A stretch of 55,493 bases of DNA from a virus (Duplodnaviria > Caudoviricetes). The stretch's first letter is position 1, and the number at the start of each line of letters is the position of its first letter. Below the pieces are notes generated by a model, which saw only the letters and a program-made list of their open reading frames with translations, searched no databases and had not been told where the DNA came from. Of this stretch, positions 1 through 7,847 are shown piece by piece. The position numbers and the translations under genes were made by a program. Location: positions 1 through 55,493 of IMG/VR virus record IMGVR_UViG_3300032266_000647. One strand, written 5' to 3'.

Positions 1-56
1 CTTGAAAACCGGCGACGGGCAACCGTCCGTGAGTTCGAATCTCACCGCCTCCGCCA
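1..56 (+). mobile_element. attP core: 3' portion of tRNA-Ser(TGA), anticodon loop to CCA; not a complete tRNA
   Basis: CTTGAAAACCGG, long variable arm GACGGGCAACCGTC, T-loop GTTCGAATC, ends CCGCCA. The upstream sequence at 55361-55370 cannot form the anticodon stem. Lies adjacent to the integrase 3' end. Confidence 0.9.
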
Positions 57-58
57 TA

Positions 59-89
59 GGGAAAACGGGCCTACGCGGCTCGTTTTCCC
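59..89. terminator. Hairpin after the tRNA fragment and at the int stop (terminator-like)
   Basis: GGGAAAACGGGCC-TACGC-GGCTCGTTTTCCC. Confidence 0.6.
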
Positions 90-1072
90 GCCCCGCGCTT
101 TGTCCCCACCCTGACCCCAGCCAGCCGCGGTAGCGTGGACACGGCGCCGCGCAGGTGCGCGGGCGACAGGTGGGCGTAGCGGTTGGTCACAGCCAGCGAC
201 GAGTGCCCCATCAGATCGCGGATTGCGGTCAGCGCCTGGCCGCGCTGGGCCAGCCAGCTCGCGTAGGTGTGCCTCAGATCGTGCCAGCGGACGTGCGGCA
301 GGCCAGCGGCCAGCCGGGCGGCATCAAACCGCTTGCGCAGCTCCCAGTATTCGACGCCCCACGGCAGCCGCTTGCGGGCGATCGCCGCGGCCTCGGGCGG
401 CAGCGGCAATCCGCGCGGCCGGCCGCTCTTGGTGTTGGCGTCCAGCGCCAGCACCCGGCCGCGAAGCTGATCCGGTTGCAGGCGCAGTAACTCGGATCGG
501 CGCAAGCCGGTCAGGACGGCGAAGGCGATCATGTCGGCGGTCAGCGGATCCGTGGCAGCCTGGAGCGCCCGCACCTGGTCGGCAGTCAGGTAGACGTGCC
601 GCTGGCTGTTCTCCGGCAACAGGATCACGCGCCGGCCGAGCGGTGCGTCCGTCCATCCCCAGCGTTCGGCCAGGTTGCCGACGCGGCGGAGGAGGGCAAC
701 GTAGCGGTTGATCGCCGCCGGCGTCAGGCCGTTCGTCTGGCCAGCCGCCTTGATGCGGTCAGCGACATCCGGCAGATCCGCCAGCGGCCGGCCGGCGGTG
801 TACTCGCGCAGGATGCCGATGCGGTAGCGCAGATCGCGCTCCCAGGATTTCAGGGCTTTGGCGCCCGTCTCGATCCAGCGGTCGAGCGCGTCGTCGATCG
901 TGTGCTGCGCTAGGGCACCAGTCGCAGACGTGAGGAGCTGGTGCTTGATGCGAGTTTCGAGCGCCTGCGCGTCGGCGCGGGTTGCACCGACCGGAAGGCT
1001 GCGCTCAATGCGTCGGCCGCTTCCCAGGCGGAGGCGGACTTGCCAGCGGTTGCCGTGCTTTCTGATCGACAC
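71..1072 (-). CDS. int: Tyrosine integrase, phage type
   Basis: TGLRRSEL, TKSGRPR, HDLRHTYASWL, LMGHSS, RYAH catalytic motifs. Likely GTG start at 1072 with GGAG upstream (ORF open to 1132). No IntI-type insertion before the HxxRH box. Confidence 0.95.
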   Translation of the reverse strand: MSIRKHGNRWQVRLRLGSGRRIERSLPVGATRADAQALETRIKHQLLTSATGALAQHTIDDALDRWIETGAKALKSWERDLRYRIGILREYTAGRPLADLPDVADRIKAAGQTNGLTPAAINRYVALLRRVGNLAERWGWTDAPLGRRVILLPENSQRHVYLTADQVRALQAATDPLTADMIAFAVLTGLRRSELLRLQPDQLRGRVLALDANTKSGRPRGLPLPPEAAAIARKRLPWGVEYWELRKRFDAARLAAGLPHVRWHDLRHTYASWLAQRGQALTAIRDLMGHSSLAVTNRYAHLSPAHLRGAVSTLPRLAGVRVGTKRGAGKRAA

Positions 1073-1263
1073 TGGCGGAACTCCTGCTCCGAAATGTATC
1101 GCTCGATCTCGCTCGGGCGGATGCGCCGGCACGATCGAATCGGAACAATAGCAAGTCGGCCGGCGGCGATCTCGCGCTCGATGGTCTTCATCGACACGCC
1201 GAGCTGCGCCGCGGCGTCGCGCAGCGTCAGCAGCGTCAGCAGTTGTCGTTCAGCGGGTTTCAC
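910..1263 (-). CDS. xis: Excisionase-like HTH protein
   Basis: LLTLRDAAAQLGVSMKTIEREIAAGRL...RRIRPSEIERYI; overlaps the int 5' end. Confidence 0.8.
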   Translation of the reverse strand: MKPAERQLLTLLTLRDAAAQLGVSMKTIEREIAAGRLAIVPIRSCRRIRPSEIERYISEQEFRQCRSESTATAGKSASAWEAADALSAAFRSVQPAPTRRRSKLASSTSSSRLRLVP

Positions 1264-1278
1264 GGTTTTCGAGGTGGA

Positions 1279-1800
1279 TTATTCGGTGAGCGGTGCGGTC
1301 TGAATCAAGTTGTGCAGCATCTTGCCAGCCAGCCCTGAACACGCCAGCGCTTTGGCGTTGGCTTCGCCATAGGCCACCAGCACGCTTGGGGCGCCAGAAT
1401 TCGCGGCGGCGCGGCGGCCGTCGACAAAGTGAAAGTGCAGCCGGCCTTTCAGGAACAGCCAGGCCGTCGCGCGCTCCCACACCCACGGGAAGAAAATTGC
1501 CGTCTCGGTGCGCGCGAAGATCAGCGCCACGCCGTTGCTGTGGTCGGCCATGCGCTCCATCCACTTGGCTGTCTCCTGCCCGTATGGCGGGTTCAACCAC
1601 ACGCGGCCTGTCCAGGGCTTCGCCAGCCCGTTGTCGGCGGCGGTGTAGTGCGTGGCGGCCATCGGCCAGGGCCGCACAGCCGGCGCGCACGGATCCAGAT
1701 CGAACGGGCCAAGCGCTTGCAGCACATGCGGCGGCGTCAGCCACTCGTCGTTCTTCATGCGCGCGCTTTGGTGTGCACTCAGTCCCATCTTCCTTCGCAT
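1279..1800 (-). CDS. Phage N6-adenine DNA methyltransferase (Dam-like); cassette 1
   Basis: NDEWLTPP, FDLDPCA, VWLNPPYG, IFARTET, FLKGRLHF. Confidence 0.9.
   Translation of the reverse strand: MRRKMGLSAHQSARMKNDEWLTPPHVLQALGPFDLDPCAPAVRPWPMAATHYTAADNGLAKPWTGRVWLNPPYGQETAKWMERMADHSNGVALIFARTETAIFFPWVWERATAWLFLKGRLHFHFVDGRRAAANSGAPSVLVAYGEANAKALACSGLAGKMLHNLIQTAPLTE
1297..1315 (+). mobile_element. Left array boundary: core site GTTGTGC (attI-like or half site)
   Basis: GTTGTGC at 1309-1315 is the exact complement of R'' GCACAAC at 1814-1820, so the two bracket the MTase gene. Confidence 0.55.
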
Positions 1801-1813
1801 CCTCGGTGGTGTG

Positions 1814-1870
1814 GCACAACTATGTGGTCAAGCGGATGCCGTGCCGGCGCCGCTTACCTGGGCGTTAGGC
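1814..1870 (+). mobile_element. attC site 1 (57 bp)
   Basis: GCACAAC-TATGT-GGT[C]AAGCGG[A]TGCCG-TGC-CGGCGCCGCTTACC-TGGGC-GTTAGGC; R''/L''/L'/R' boxes with two extrahelical bases at canonical positions. Confidence 0.85.
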
Positions 1871-2344
1871 ACTTGTAGCGCGATTCTTCGCTTCGTGATT
1901 GGCAACGTCGTTTTGCACATGCCTATCAACCGCGCCCGGATCGTCGAATCGCGCCTGCGTCCGGTCACTACACAGGTAGTAGGTGCTGCGCTCCGGACTG
2001 CTGTGGTCGCGCAGCCAACGGTAATTCATGGCATGCGTCGCGGCATCGCGCACGTATTGCGCTTCCTCGCCCCTGCCGTCCTTCGCCAGTTCGTGCGCGA
2101 GCTTCATCAATCGCACATACCAACGGTTCTCGTCGTGCCATGCGCTCATTTCCATCCTCCGTTCCCGCGCAGCATGTTCCACAACATCCACGTCAGCACT
2201 CCCAGCGCCATCACTACCGGCACTGTTGCCAAGGCCAGCAGTATGTGCAGCAGGTTCCATTCGCAAACCATAAGTCACCTCGTCAGTCTGCGCACGGCTT
2301 GCGTGCGCCCATGTATCAAGTCGTGCTCTTGCCGTGAATCGCAT
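1865..2344 (-). CDS. Hypothetical protein; cassette 2
   Basis: ORF lies exactly between attC1 and attC2; GGAGG SD next to the core site; its TAA stop is inside the core site. Confidence 0.75.
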   Translation of the reverse strand: MRFTARARLDTWAHASRAQTDEVTYGLRMEPAAHTAGLGNSAGSDGAGSADVDVVEHAARERRMEMSAWHDENRWYVRLMKLAHELAKDGRGEEAQYVRDAATHAMNYRWLRDHSSPERSTYYLCSDRTQARFDDPGAVDRHVQNDVANHEAKNRATSA

Positions 2345-2356
2345 CGCCACCTCCGC

Positions 2357-2413
2357 GCCTAACTGGGCGCTGCATCGGACGCGCTACGCGCGCCGATGAT
2401 CTTCACGTTAGGC
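2357..2413 (+). mobile_element. attC site 2 (57 bp)
   Basis: GCCTAAC-TGGGC-GCT[G]CATCGG[A]CGCGC-TAC-GCGCGCCGATGATC-TTCAC-GTTAGGC. Confidence 0.85.
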
Positions 2414-2818
2414 GTCACAGAGGCGCACTCGCTCAATGTCCACTTCGTTCGCATGTATCAGCCCCTCGACCACCATGCGCTCAACGATGCGTCGGTCGAA
2501 GTGTCGGCCGTAGCATGTGTCGTTCACGCCACCGCGCCGGTATAGGCGATGGTCGCCGTGAATGGATGTGTATTCGTAGCCCTGTTGCCGCAGCCCCACG
2601 AACAGCGCGGACTGCTTCTCGTACTCTTCATCTGTCAGCGGGTTCTCGCCAAACCGGCCGCCGTTGCTGCCAAAGATGGCGACCACAGGCATCCAGCCAA
2701 TCTCTCGGTGTTCAATGGCAACGCCACCGCCGGCCGGCGTCGCTACTTTCACCGGCCAGTCTTCCGGGAAAGCGCTCAGTGCGCGGATGTAGTCACCAAC
2801 GGTTTTCAGTTTTGCCAT
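2408..2818 (-). CDS. Hypothetical protein; cassette 3
   Basis: AGGAG SD; TAA stop inside the attC2 core; flanked by a perfect 12-bp inverted repeat, GTTAGGCGTCAC (2407-2418) and GTGACGCCTAAC (2839-2850). Confidence 0.8.
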   Translation of the reverse strand: MAKLKTVGDYIRALSAFPEDWPVKVATPAGGGVAIEHREIGWMPVVAIFGSNGGRFGENPLTDEEYEKQSALFVGLRQQGYEYTSIHGDHRLYRRGGVNDTCYGRHFDRRIVERMVVEGLIHANEVDIERVRLCDA

Positions 2819-2838
2819 CTTTTCTCCTGTGGCGTGCA

Positions 2839-2864
2839 GTGACGCCTAACACGCCGGTTAAAAC
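2839..2864 (+). mobile_element. Right array boundary: R'' half site abutting the ssb stop codon
   Basis: GCCTAAC-ACGCC-GGTTAAAAC; no matching L'/R' arm found. Confidence 0.6.
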
Positions 2865-3301
2865 GGGATGTCATCGTCCAGATCCCCCATGCTGGCAGCC
2901 GCGGCCGGCCGGCTCGATGTGCGCGCGGGGGCGCGTGCCGGGGTGGGCGCACCGCCTTCTGCCGGTTTGCTGTCGCCCTCGGGCGCCGGGCCGACCAGTT
3001 CCAGCGACGCGACGCGGCCGACCAGCTTGTGCCCGATCGTCCCGTCCTTCTTCGTCCAGGTGTCGATACGCACGTCTTCCAGCACGACGTAGATCGCGCG
3101 GCCGCGCGGCAGCATGGGCGCCAGCGTCTCGGCGCGGCTGCCCCACAAGCCTGCCTCGACCCACTGCGTCGGCCGCTTACCGTCTTCGCCCTTCTTGCCG
3201 TAGTTGTAGGCCAGGCTGAGCGTTGCGACGGGATCGCCGCTCGGGAGATAGCGCACTTCGGCGCTGTGGCCGAGCCGGAAAACGCCGGTCATGATCGTCA
3301 T
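2858..3301 (-). CDS. ssb: Single-stranded DNA-binding protein
   Basis: OB-fold motifs (RLGHSAEVRY, TQWVEAGLWG) and C-terminal DDDIPF. Confidence 0.95.
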   Translation of the reverse strand: MTIMTGVFRLGHSAEVRYLPSGDPVATLSLAYNYGKKGEDGKRPTQWVEAGLWGSRAETLAPMLPRGRAIYVVLEDVRIDTWTKKDGTIGHKLVGRVASLELVGPAPEGDSKPAEGGAPTPARAPARTSSRPAAAASMGDLDDDIPF

Positions 3302-3302
3302 G

Positions 3303-3593
3303 TCAATCCTTTCGTACAAGTGCCCACAAGTTTCTCGGCTTGCCGCTGCGGCCGGCCTTCGGCGGCAGTTTGTCCGCGATGCGGATCAACTTTCGTTCGC
3401 TGAGCGTTGTCAGCGGTGTCTGTAGCTGCCGTGGAGTCAGGCCAACCAGCGGCGCCAAATCCTCGGTCGTGATGCCGTTCGGGTGATCCTTGATTCGCGC
3501 CAGGATGATCCCCTTCACATCTTCGGACGCCGCCGGATTGGTGTCCTCCTCGTCCCAGCAGAGACTGACTTTCCGGCCGGGTAGATCCTTCAT
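3303..3593 (-). CDS. Hypothetical, winged-HTH-like
   Basis: GITTEDLAPLVGLTPRQLQTPLTTLSERKLI...GKPRNLW. Confidence 0.55.
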   Translation of the reverse strand: MKDLPGRKVSLCWDEEDTNPAASEDVKGIILARIKDHPNGITTEDLAPLVGLTPRQLQTPLTTLSERKLIRIADKLPPKAGRSGKPRNLWALVRKD

Positions 3594-3600
3594 TCGCACG

Positions 3601-3888
3601 TCACGGCTCCTGCGTCGCGGCGAACAGGGTCGGCACTTCCTCGACGGTCGCGCGCACCGGCACGACAACCGGCCGGAAGCCAGCGCCATAGAACGAGCGG
3701 CGGATGCTGTCGCGGTGCGTCCGGGCCTTCTTGCGGGTCGGGAACAGCATCGGCTGCGACAAGGAGTCGACCACGGTCTGGCGGAAGACGGTGACGGCCT
3801 TGCGCGCCTTGATTCCTGGCAGCGGCTGCTGCGCGTCGATCAGCTTGATGGCCCAGGCGGCGCGGTGTTTGGTCAGGCGCTCGGTCAT
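3601..3888 (-). CDS. Hypothetical protein
   Basis: Packed into the leftward operon, ATGA overlap. Confidence 0.6.
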   Translation of the reverse strand: MTERLTKHRAAWAIKLIDAQQPLPGIKARKAVTVFRQTVVDSLSQPMLFPTRKKARTHRDSIRRSFYGAGFRPVVVPVRATVEEVPTLFAATQEP

Positions 3889-4298
3889 CGCTGGCGCTCC
3901 AAGTTCTTCTTCTTCAGCGCCGCCTCGATATCCTCAAAAACATTGAGGCCGATAAACGTTTCGCAGCCGTCCTCAATGTCTCGGCGTTCTTGATCCGTCA
4001 GCCCCTGCCACTCTCGGAGTGCCGGTGCGGCGTTTGTTGCCTCGACCTCCTCCAAGAACTTCTCGTCAGTCTCCTCGGCGGGGATCTGACCGAGGATTTT
4101 CCTGTAGCCAGCAGGCTCGGTCTGCACCGGCTCGGCCTGCTGCTCCAGCGCGGCGCGGAGGTTGTCGGTTGCTCGAATCATAAGACGCAGCATTTCCTGC
4201 CTGCTGCTCATTGAGTTGACCTCGCAGAGTCTTGCGGCACAGATGTCCGACAGCGCCTGCTGCACGACTGCTCGCGGCATGGTGATGGTGTCACTCAT
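3885..4298 (-). CDS. Hypothetical phage protein
   Basis: Operon packing; REWQGLTDQE...IEAALKKKN tail typical of phage early proteins. Confidence 0.7.
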   Translation of the reverse strand: MSDTITMPRAVVQQALSDICAARLCEVNSMSSRQEMLRLMIRATDNLRAALEQQAEPVQTEPAGYRKILGQIPAEETDEKFLEEVEATNAAPALREWQGLTDQERRDIEDGCETFIGLNVFEDIEAALKKKNLERQR

Positions 4299-4524
4299 CG
4301 CTGGCCCTCCGCTTGGCGACGGCGGCGCGGGCTACGTCTACGCATTCCAGCGCCATGTCATTTGGCCCCATGAATTGCGACAGCGTGAATCCGCTGATGC
4401 GTTCTAACGCCTCCAGCAGTTCAGCCTGCTGCGCCCGCAGCCGCTCGACCTCTTGCTCTAGCTCGGCCAGCCTGCGCTGGGTGCCGACTGGCAGCACCTC
4501 GAAATTCCCGCCGCCGGTGTTCAT
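4291..4524 (-). CDS. Hypothetical coiled-coil protein
   Basis: ATGA overlap with the upstream gene; ELLEALERI motif. Confidence 0.6.
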   Translation of the reverse strand: MNTGGGNFEVLPVGTQRRLAELEQEVERLRAQQAELLEALERISGFTLSQFMGPNDMALECVDVARAAVAKRRASDE

Positions 4525-4910
4525 TCGAGCGTTGCTCCGTCGTGCAGGCGCGACCGCAGCGCGTAGCCGAGCAGCGGCCAGACCTTCGCCACGGCAGCCT
4601 GCCGCGCGACCTTGCGGCCAATCTCGGCGTCGAAGTTTTCCGGGCTGACGCACGCGCTCTCGCCCGTGACGGTGAAGCCGTTGCGCAACACCAAGACGCA
4701 GAACGTCAGCAGGCCAAGCGGCAACAGGTCAGCATCGCAGTGCTGCGGCGCCTCCCGGCCGGCGTAGACGCCGGCATACATGGCCCCGTTGCGGCCGTCC
4801 TGGGCCGTAAAGTAGTGCTCGCTGGTGATCGCCGCCTCAATGTCGGCCTGCGTCACAAACGGCCCAACGCTGGCCCGCTCGTTGATCTGTTGCTCGATAG
4901 ATTGGTTCAT
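4521..4910 (-). CDS. Phage Gp49/Sf6 gp66 family protein (candidate nucleotide-signal sponge)
   Basis: LTFCVLVLRNGFTVTGESACVSPENFDAEIGRKVARQAAVAKVWPLLGY. Confidence 0.85.
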   Translation of the reverse strand: MNQSIEQQINERASVGPFVTQADIEAAITSEHYFTAQDGRNGAMYAGVYAGREAPQHCDADLLPLGLLTFCVLVLRNGFTVTGESACVSPENFDAEIGRKVARQAAVAKVWPLLGYALRSRLHDGATLE

Positions 4911-4935
4911 GGTGCCCTCGCGTGCTGTCTATCCG

Positions 4936-5769
4936 TTACTCCGGCGTACCAAGCAGCGGCGTCATACAGACGCCCTTGGCGATCGCGTCCCACACTTCCC
5001 GGAACGCGCTTTCGAGAACCTTGTGAGGACGCACCAGCTCGTACCGCATCGTCAGCTTGCCGTCGCTGATGCGATACCGGAATCGAGCATCGACGTTGTA
5101 GTTCTCGCCGTTCTCGAACACCGGGATGCTGAGTGCGATCGAGGCCGGGATGGTCGTGGAGCCGTTGCCCTTGACTTCATCCACCCACTGCACTTGCGCG
5201 CTGCCGTCTTGCAGTCGGTGGACGCCCTTAAACGCGGACGCCTTGGTCGCCTCGAAGTTCAGCACCATCTTCATGAGGGCGTCACCGCTCGGACTCACGA
5301 TGTCTGGCAGGTTGTCCTCGATGAACTCGGCAAACGCGATCTGGCCCACGTCTCTGCGGTCGCCCTTCGTCCACGTCTGCCACTCACGCGAGGCCGGCAG
5401 CGTGAAGTCGGCGCGCCAGTCGCGCCAGCCAGCCACTCCCTGTTCTGAGTCGTGGTCATTGAGGACGGCAACGAACCGCGCCGGATCCATCGTTGCGTAA
5501 ATTGTTGATGTGCCACAGCCATAGCGATTGACGTAGGCCACAAAACTCAGGGCGTCGCGCAACTTCACCGTTCCACGATGGCGATTCGGTATGTGGCCAA
5601 TCGGCACCGGCGCAATCGCATGGCCCTGCGGAACGATGACAAACGGCAATCCGTCCGGGTGCGGGTTGGCCTTCGGCGTGACCGCCAGTTGCGCCAGGTC
5701 GCGCACGATGGCGTTTTCTGCGTCTTTCGGTGACTGCATGGCGGTGATCGGCTGGTTAGGGGTGTTCAT
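4936..5769 (-). CDS. DUF2303 (YfdQ-like) protein
   Basis: SFVAYVNR, AVLNDH, SREWQTW, QIAFAEFIEDN, IPVFENG, ARFRYR. Confidence 0.85.
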   Translation of the reverse strand: MNTPNQPITAMQSPKDAENAIVRDLAQLAVTPKANPHPDGLPFVIVPQGHAIAPVPIGHIPNRHRGTVKLRDALSFVAYVNRYGCGTSTIYATMDPARFVAVLNDHDSEQGVAGWRDWRADFTLPASREWQTWTKGDRRDVGQIAFAEFIEDNLPDIVSPSGDALMKMVLNFEATKASAFKGVHRLQDGSAQVQWVDEVKGNGSTTIPASIALSIPVFENGENYNVDARFRYRISDGKLTMRYELVRPHKVLESAFREVWDAIAKGVCMTPLLGTPE

Positions 5770-6101
5770 GCTGCGTTCTCCCTTGCGGTGGGGGTTGCCA
5801 AGGTGATCCCCGGCAGATCCTTCTGCCGCGGGTTGTTGCGTTCGAGGTTGCCCTCCGGCGTCGGCCACATGAGCGTGCCGTCGCTCTTGATCTCGGGCAG
5901 CTTGACCTTCACGTCGTCGGTGATGACGACGGCGCCGTTGATGCGGTCAGCCGGTTTCACGTCGATCGTGATGGTCAGTCGGCCGGCCTTGTTGGTGGCC
6001 TGAACCTGCTGGACGAGGGTCTGCATGTTCACGCTCTGCTCGTCGAGGCAGACGCCTTGCCGCAGCTCGCGCAGCGTGTCGGTAAACGGTCGGGTGGACA
6101 T
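5766..6101 (-). CDS. DUF2303 partner protein (YfdP-like)
   Basis: FTDTLRELRQG...GRLTITIDVKP...TPEGNLERNNPRQ; sits immediately upstream of DUF2303. Confidence 0.75.
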   Translation of the reverse strand: MSTRPFTDTLRELRQGVCLDEQSVNMQTLVQQVQATNKAGRLTITIDVKPADRINGAVVITDDVKVKLPEIKSDGTLMWPTPEGNLERNNPRQKDLPGITLATPTARENAA

Positions 6102-6139
6102 CGGTTTCTCCGGGGGTGGGGTGGTTGGGTGGGGCCGGA

Positions 6140-7834
6140 CTACGCTGCGCGCGCCTGATTGCCCCACGCCTCGGAGCAACGGTTGATGTGCGCGCGCAGC
6201 GCCCAGCAGATAGCGGGAAAGTCGCTGGGCCGGTAGCACTTGGCCGCGCGAACCTGCACGAACGGAAAGCCCAGGTCGGCCAGCAACGAGGACGGCACCG
6301 TGAAGCCCAGGCAGTCGCTGATGGCGCCCAGGGTCAGCGTCGGCGGCTCGGCCGACGGCGTGACGGTTGCCTCGACTGCGGCGACGGCCGGCAGCGGCGC
6401 AACCCGGACGGGCGGCGGCGGTTCGACCGGGGCCGGCGGCGGTGCGACAGCAGCCAGCCGCGCCGCTTCTTCCGCTGCGATGCGCTGGCGCGCCTTGGCT
6501 TCTTCCTCGGCGCGGATCCGCTCGCGCTCCTCGGCGCGGCGCTGCTCCTCGCGGGCCTGGTGCTGCGCAATGCGCGCGGTTGTCAGGTTGGCGAAGTCTT
6601 CGATCGACTTGCTGGCGACGGCGTACAGGTCGGGGAACAGGAACGTCCAGTCGTGCGCCTCGCCGCGCAGGCTCTTGATGTTGGCCTCGATCCGATCGGC
6701 TTGCTCGCTGGCCGCGATCTTGGCTTGCATCAGCACAATGCCGACCGCCTCGCGGATGCTGGCGACGGTCTTCTTGCCCTTGATCGCGCCGGCGAAGTCG
6801 GCCGGGGTGTCGCGCACGCTGGCCTGCCCGCCGATCCGCTCGTTCAGCGCGCGGACGTGCGACGCCAGCGCGGCCTGCGCCTCGATCACGATCTCGATGC
6901 GGATCTGCTCCTTGCGTGCCTTGACCAGCCTTTCGAGTGCCAGCCGCGTGGTGCGCGCCAGGTTGGTGTAGTCGGCCACGGTGCGGCGCATCGCCTCGAT
7001 GTCGGTGGTCTGCGCCAGCGCCGCGGACTCGGCTTGTTCGAGCGCGTCCTGCGCCTTCTGGAGAACCTTGCAGGCTTGCTCGGCGTCGGCAAACTCCTGG
7101 TCGGTGCTGGGCTTCGCGGGCAGGCCGTCAATAAACCTGCGCAGGTGCGCGCCGAACAGATCCAGGTTGCTGATGACGGCGATCGCGCCCTCCATCCGCA
7201 CGGAGACGGCTGGCAGCGCCTCGACGGGCGACGCGGTGACGGGTTCCGCCACCGGCTCCGGCTGCCACGCGGCCAGGTCGAGGGCAAACCGCTCCCAGCC
7301 GGCCAGCAGCGCAAAGCGCCGCTCGGGCTGCGACGTGTAGTAGCAGGTGGAGCCATTAGACCCGTCGGTGTTGCAGAACAGAATCTGCTCGGCGCCGCTG
7401 ACAAGAAGCTGCTGCTCCATTTGCCAGACGTGGTGCATCGGCGGTTCGCCGTTCTCGCGGATAAACTGTTCGGTCGAGGCGTTGTAGAGCTTGTGTTCGT
7501 ACCCGGTTTTGCGGTTGAGCGTGAGTCCGTCGAAGCTCGCCAGCAGTTTCATGCCGCCGATCTCGACCGATCCGGTGACGGGGTACAGCTCGGCGCCGAT
7601 GATCGACTCGGCTACGGCCCGAAACTCCAGTTCGGTGGCGTGGCCGCCATCGAATCGGCGCTGCGTGGCAGCGTCGATTTCCGGCGCGATGCCGGTGGCC
7701 TTCTGTTGCAGCAGCGCGGTGCGCGTCTGATACGGAGAGACGCCCATCATGGCGGGCGCCTCGGACGCGCAGAAGTGGGCGGCGCGCAGTGCGTGCCACT
7801 CGGGCGAGCCTTGGACGACGTTGTGGATCTTCAT
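6140..7834 (-). CDS. YqaJ/lambda-exonuclease family recombination nuclease with long C-terminal extension
   Basis: QGSPEWHALR, ASEAPAMMG, LASFDG, YEHK, WQMEQQLLVSG. Confidence 0.9.
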   Translation of the reverse strand: MKIHNVVQGSPEWHALRAAHFCASEAPAMMGVSPYQTRTALLQQKATGIAPEIDAATQRRFDGGHATELEFRAVAESIIGAELYPVTGSVEIGGMKLLASFDGLTLNRKTGYEHKLYNASTEQFIRENGEPPMHHVWQMEQQLLVSGAEQILFCNTDGSNGSTCYYTSQPERRFALLAGWERFALDLAAWQPEPVAEPVTASPVEALPAVSVRMEGAIAVISNLDLFGAHLRRFIDGLPAKPSTDQEFADAEQACKVLQKAQDALEQAESAALAQTTDIEAMRRTVADYTNLARTTRLALERLVKARKEQIRIEIVIEAQAALASHVRALNERIGGQASVRDTPADFAGAIKGKKTVASIREAVGIVLMQAKIAASEQADRIEANIKSLRGEAHDWTFLFPDLYAVASKSIEDFANLTTARIAQHQAREEQRRAEERERIRAEEEAKARQRIAAEEAARLAAVAPPPAPVEPPPPVRVAPLPAVAAVEATVTPSAEPPTLTLGAISDCLGFTVPSSLLADLGFPFVQVRAAKCYRPSDFPAICWALRAHINRCSEAWGNQARAA

Positions 7835-7847
7835 GGCGGGTCGCTCC

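Larger units (their letters stand above)
1..123. repeat. Terminal direct repeat, left copy (circular assembly overlap); unit genome 55,370 bp
   Basis: 1-123 is identical to 55371-55493. Confidence 0.95.

Noticed and set aside
1-56. Complete tRNA-Ser gene
   Set aside because: The 5' half is absent even across the circular junction; this is an att core
71-1072. Integron integrase IntI serving the attC array
   Set aside because: Lacks the IntI-specific insertion; has xis and a tRNA attP typical of a prophage integrase
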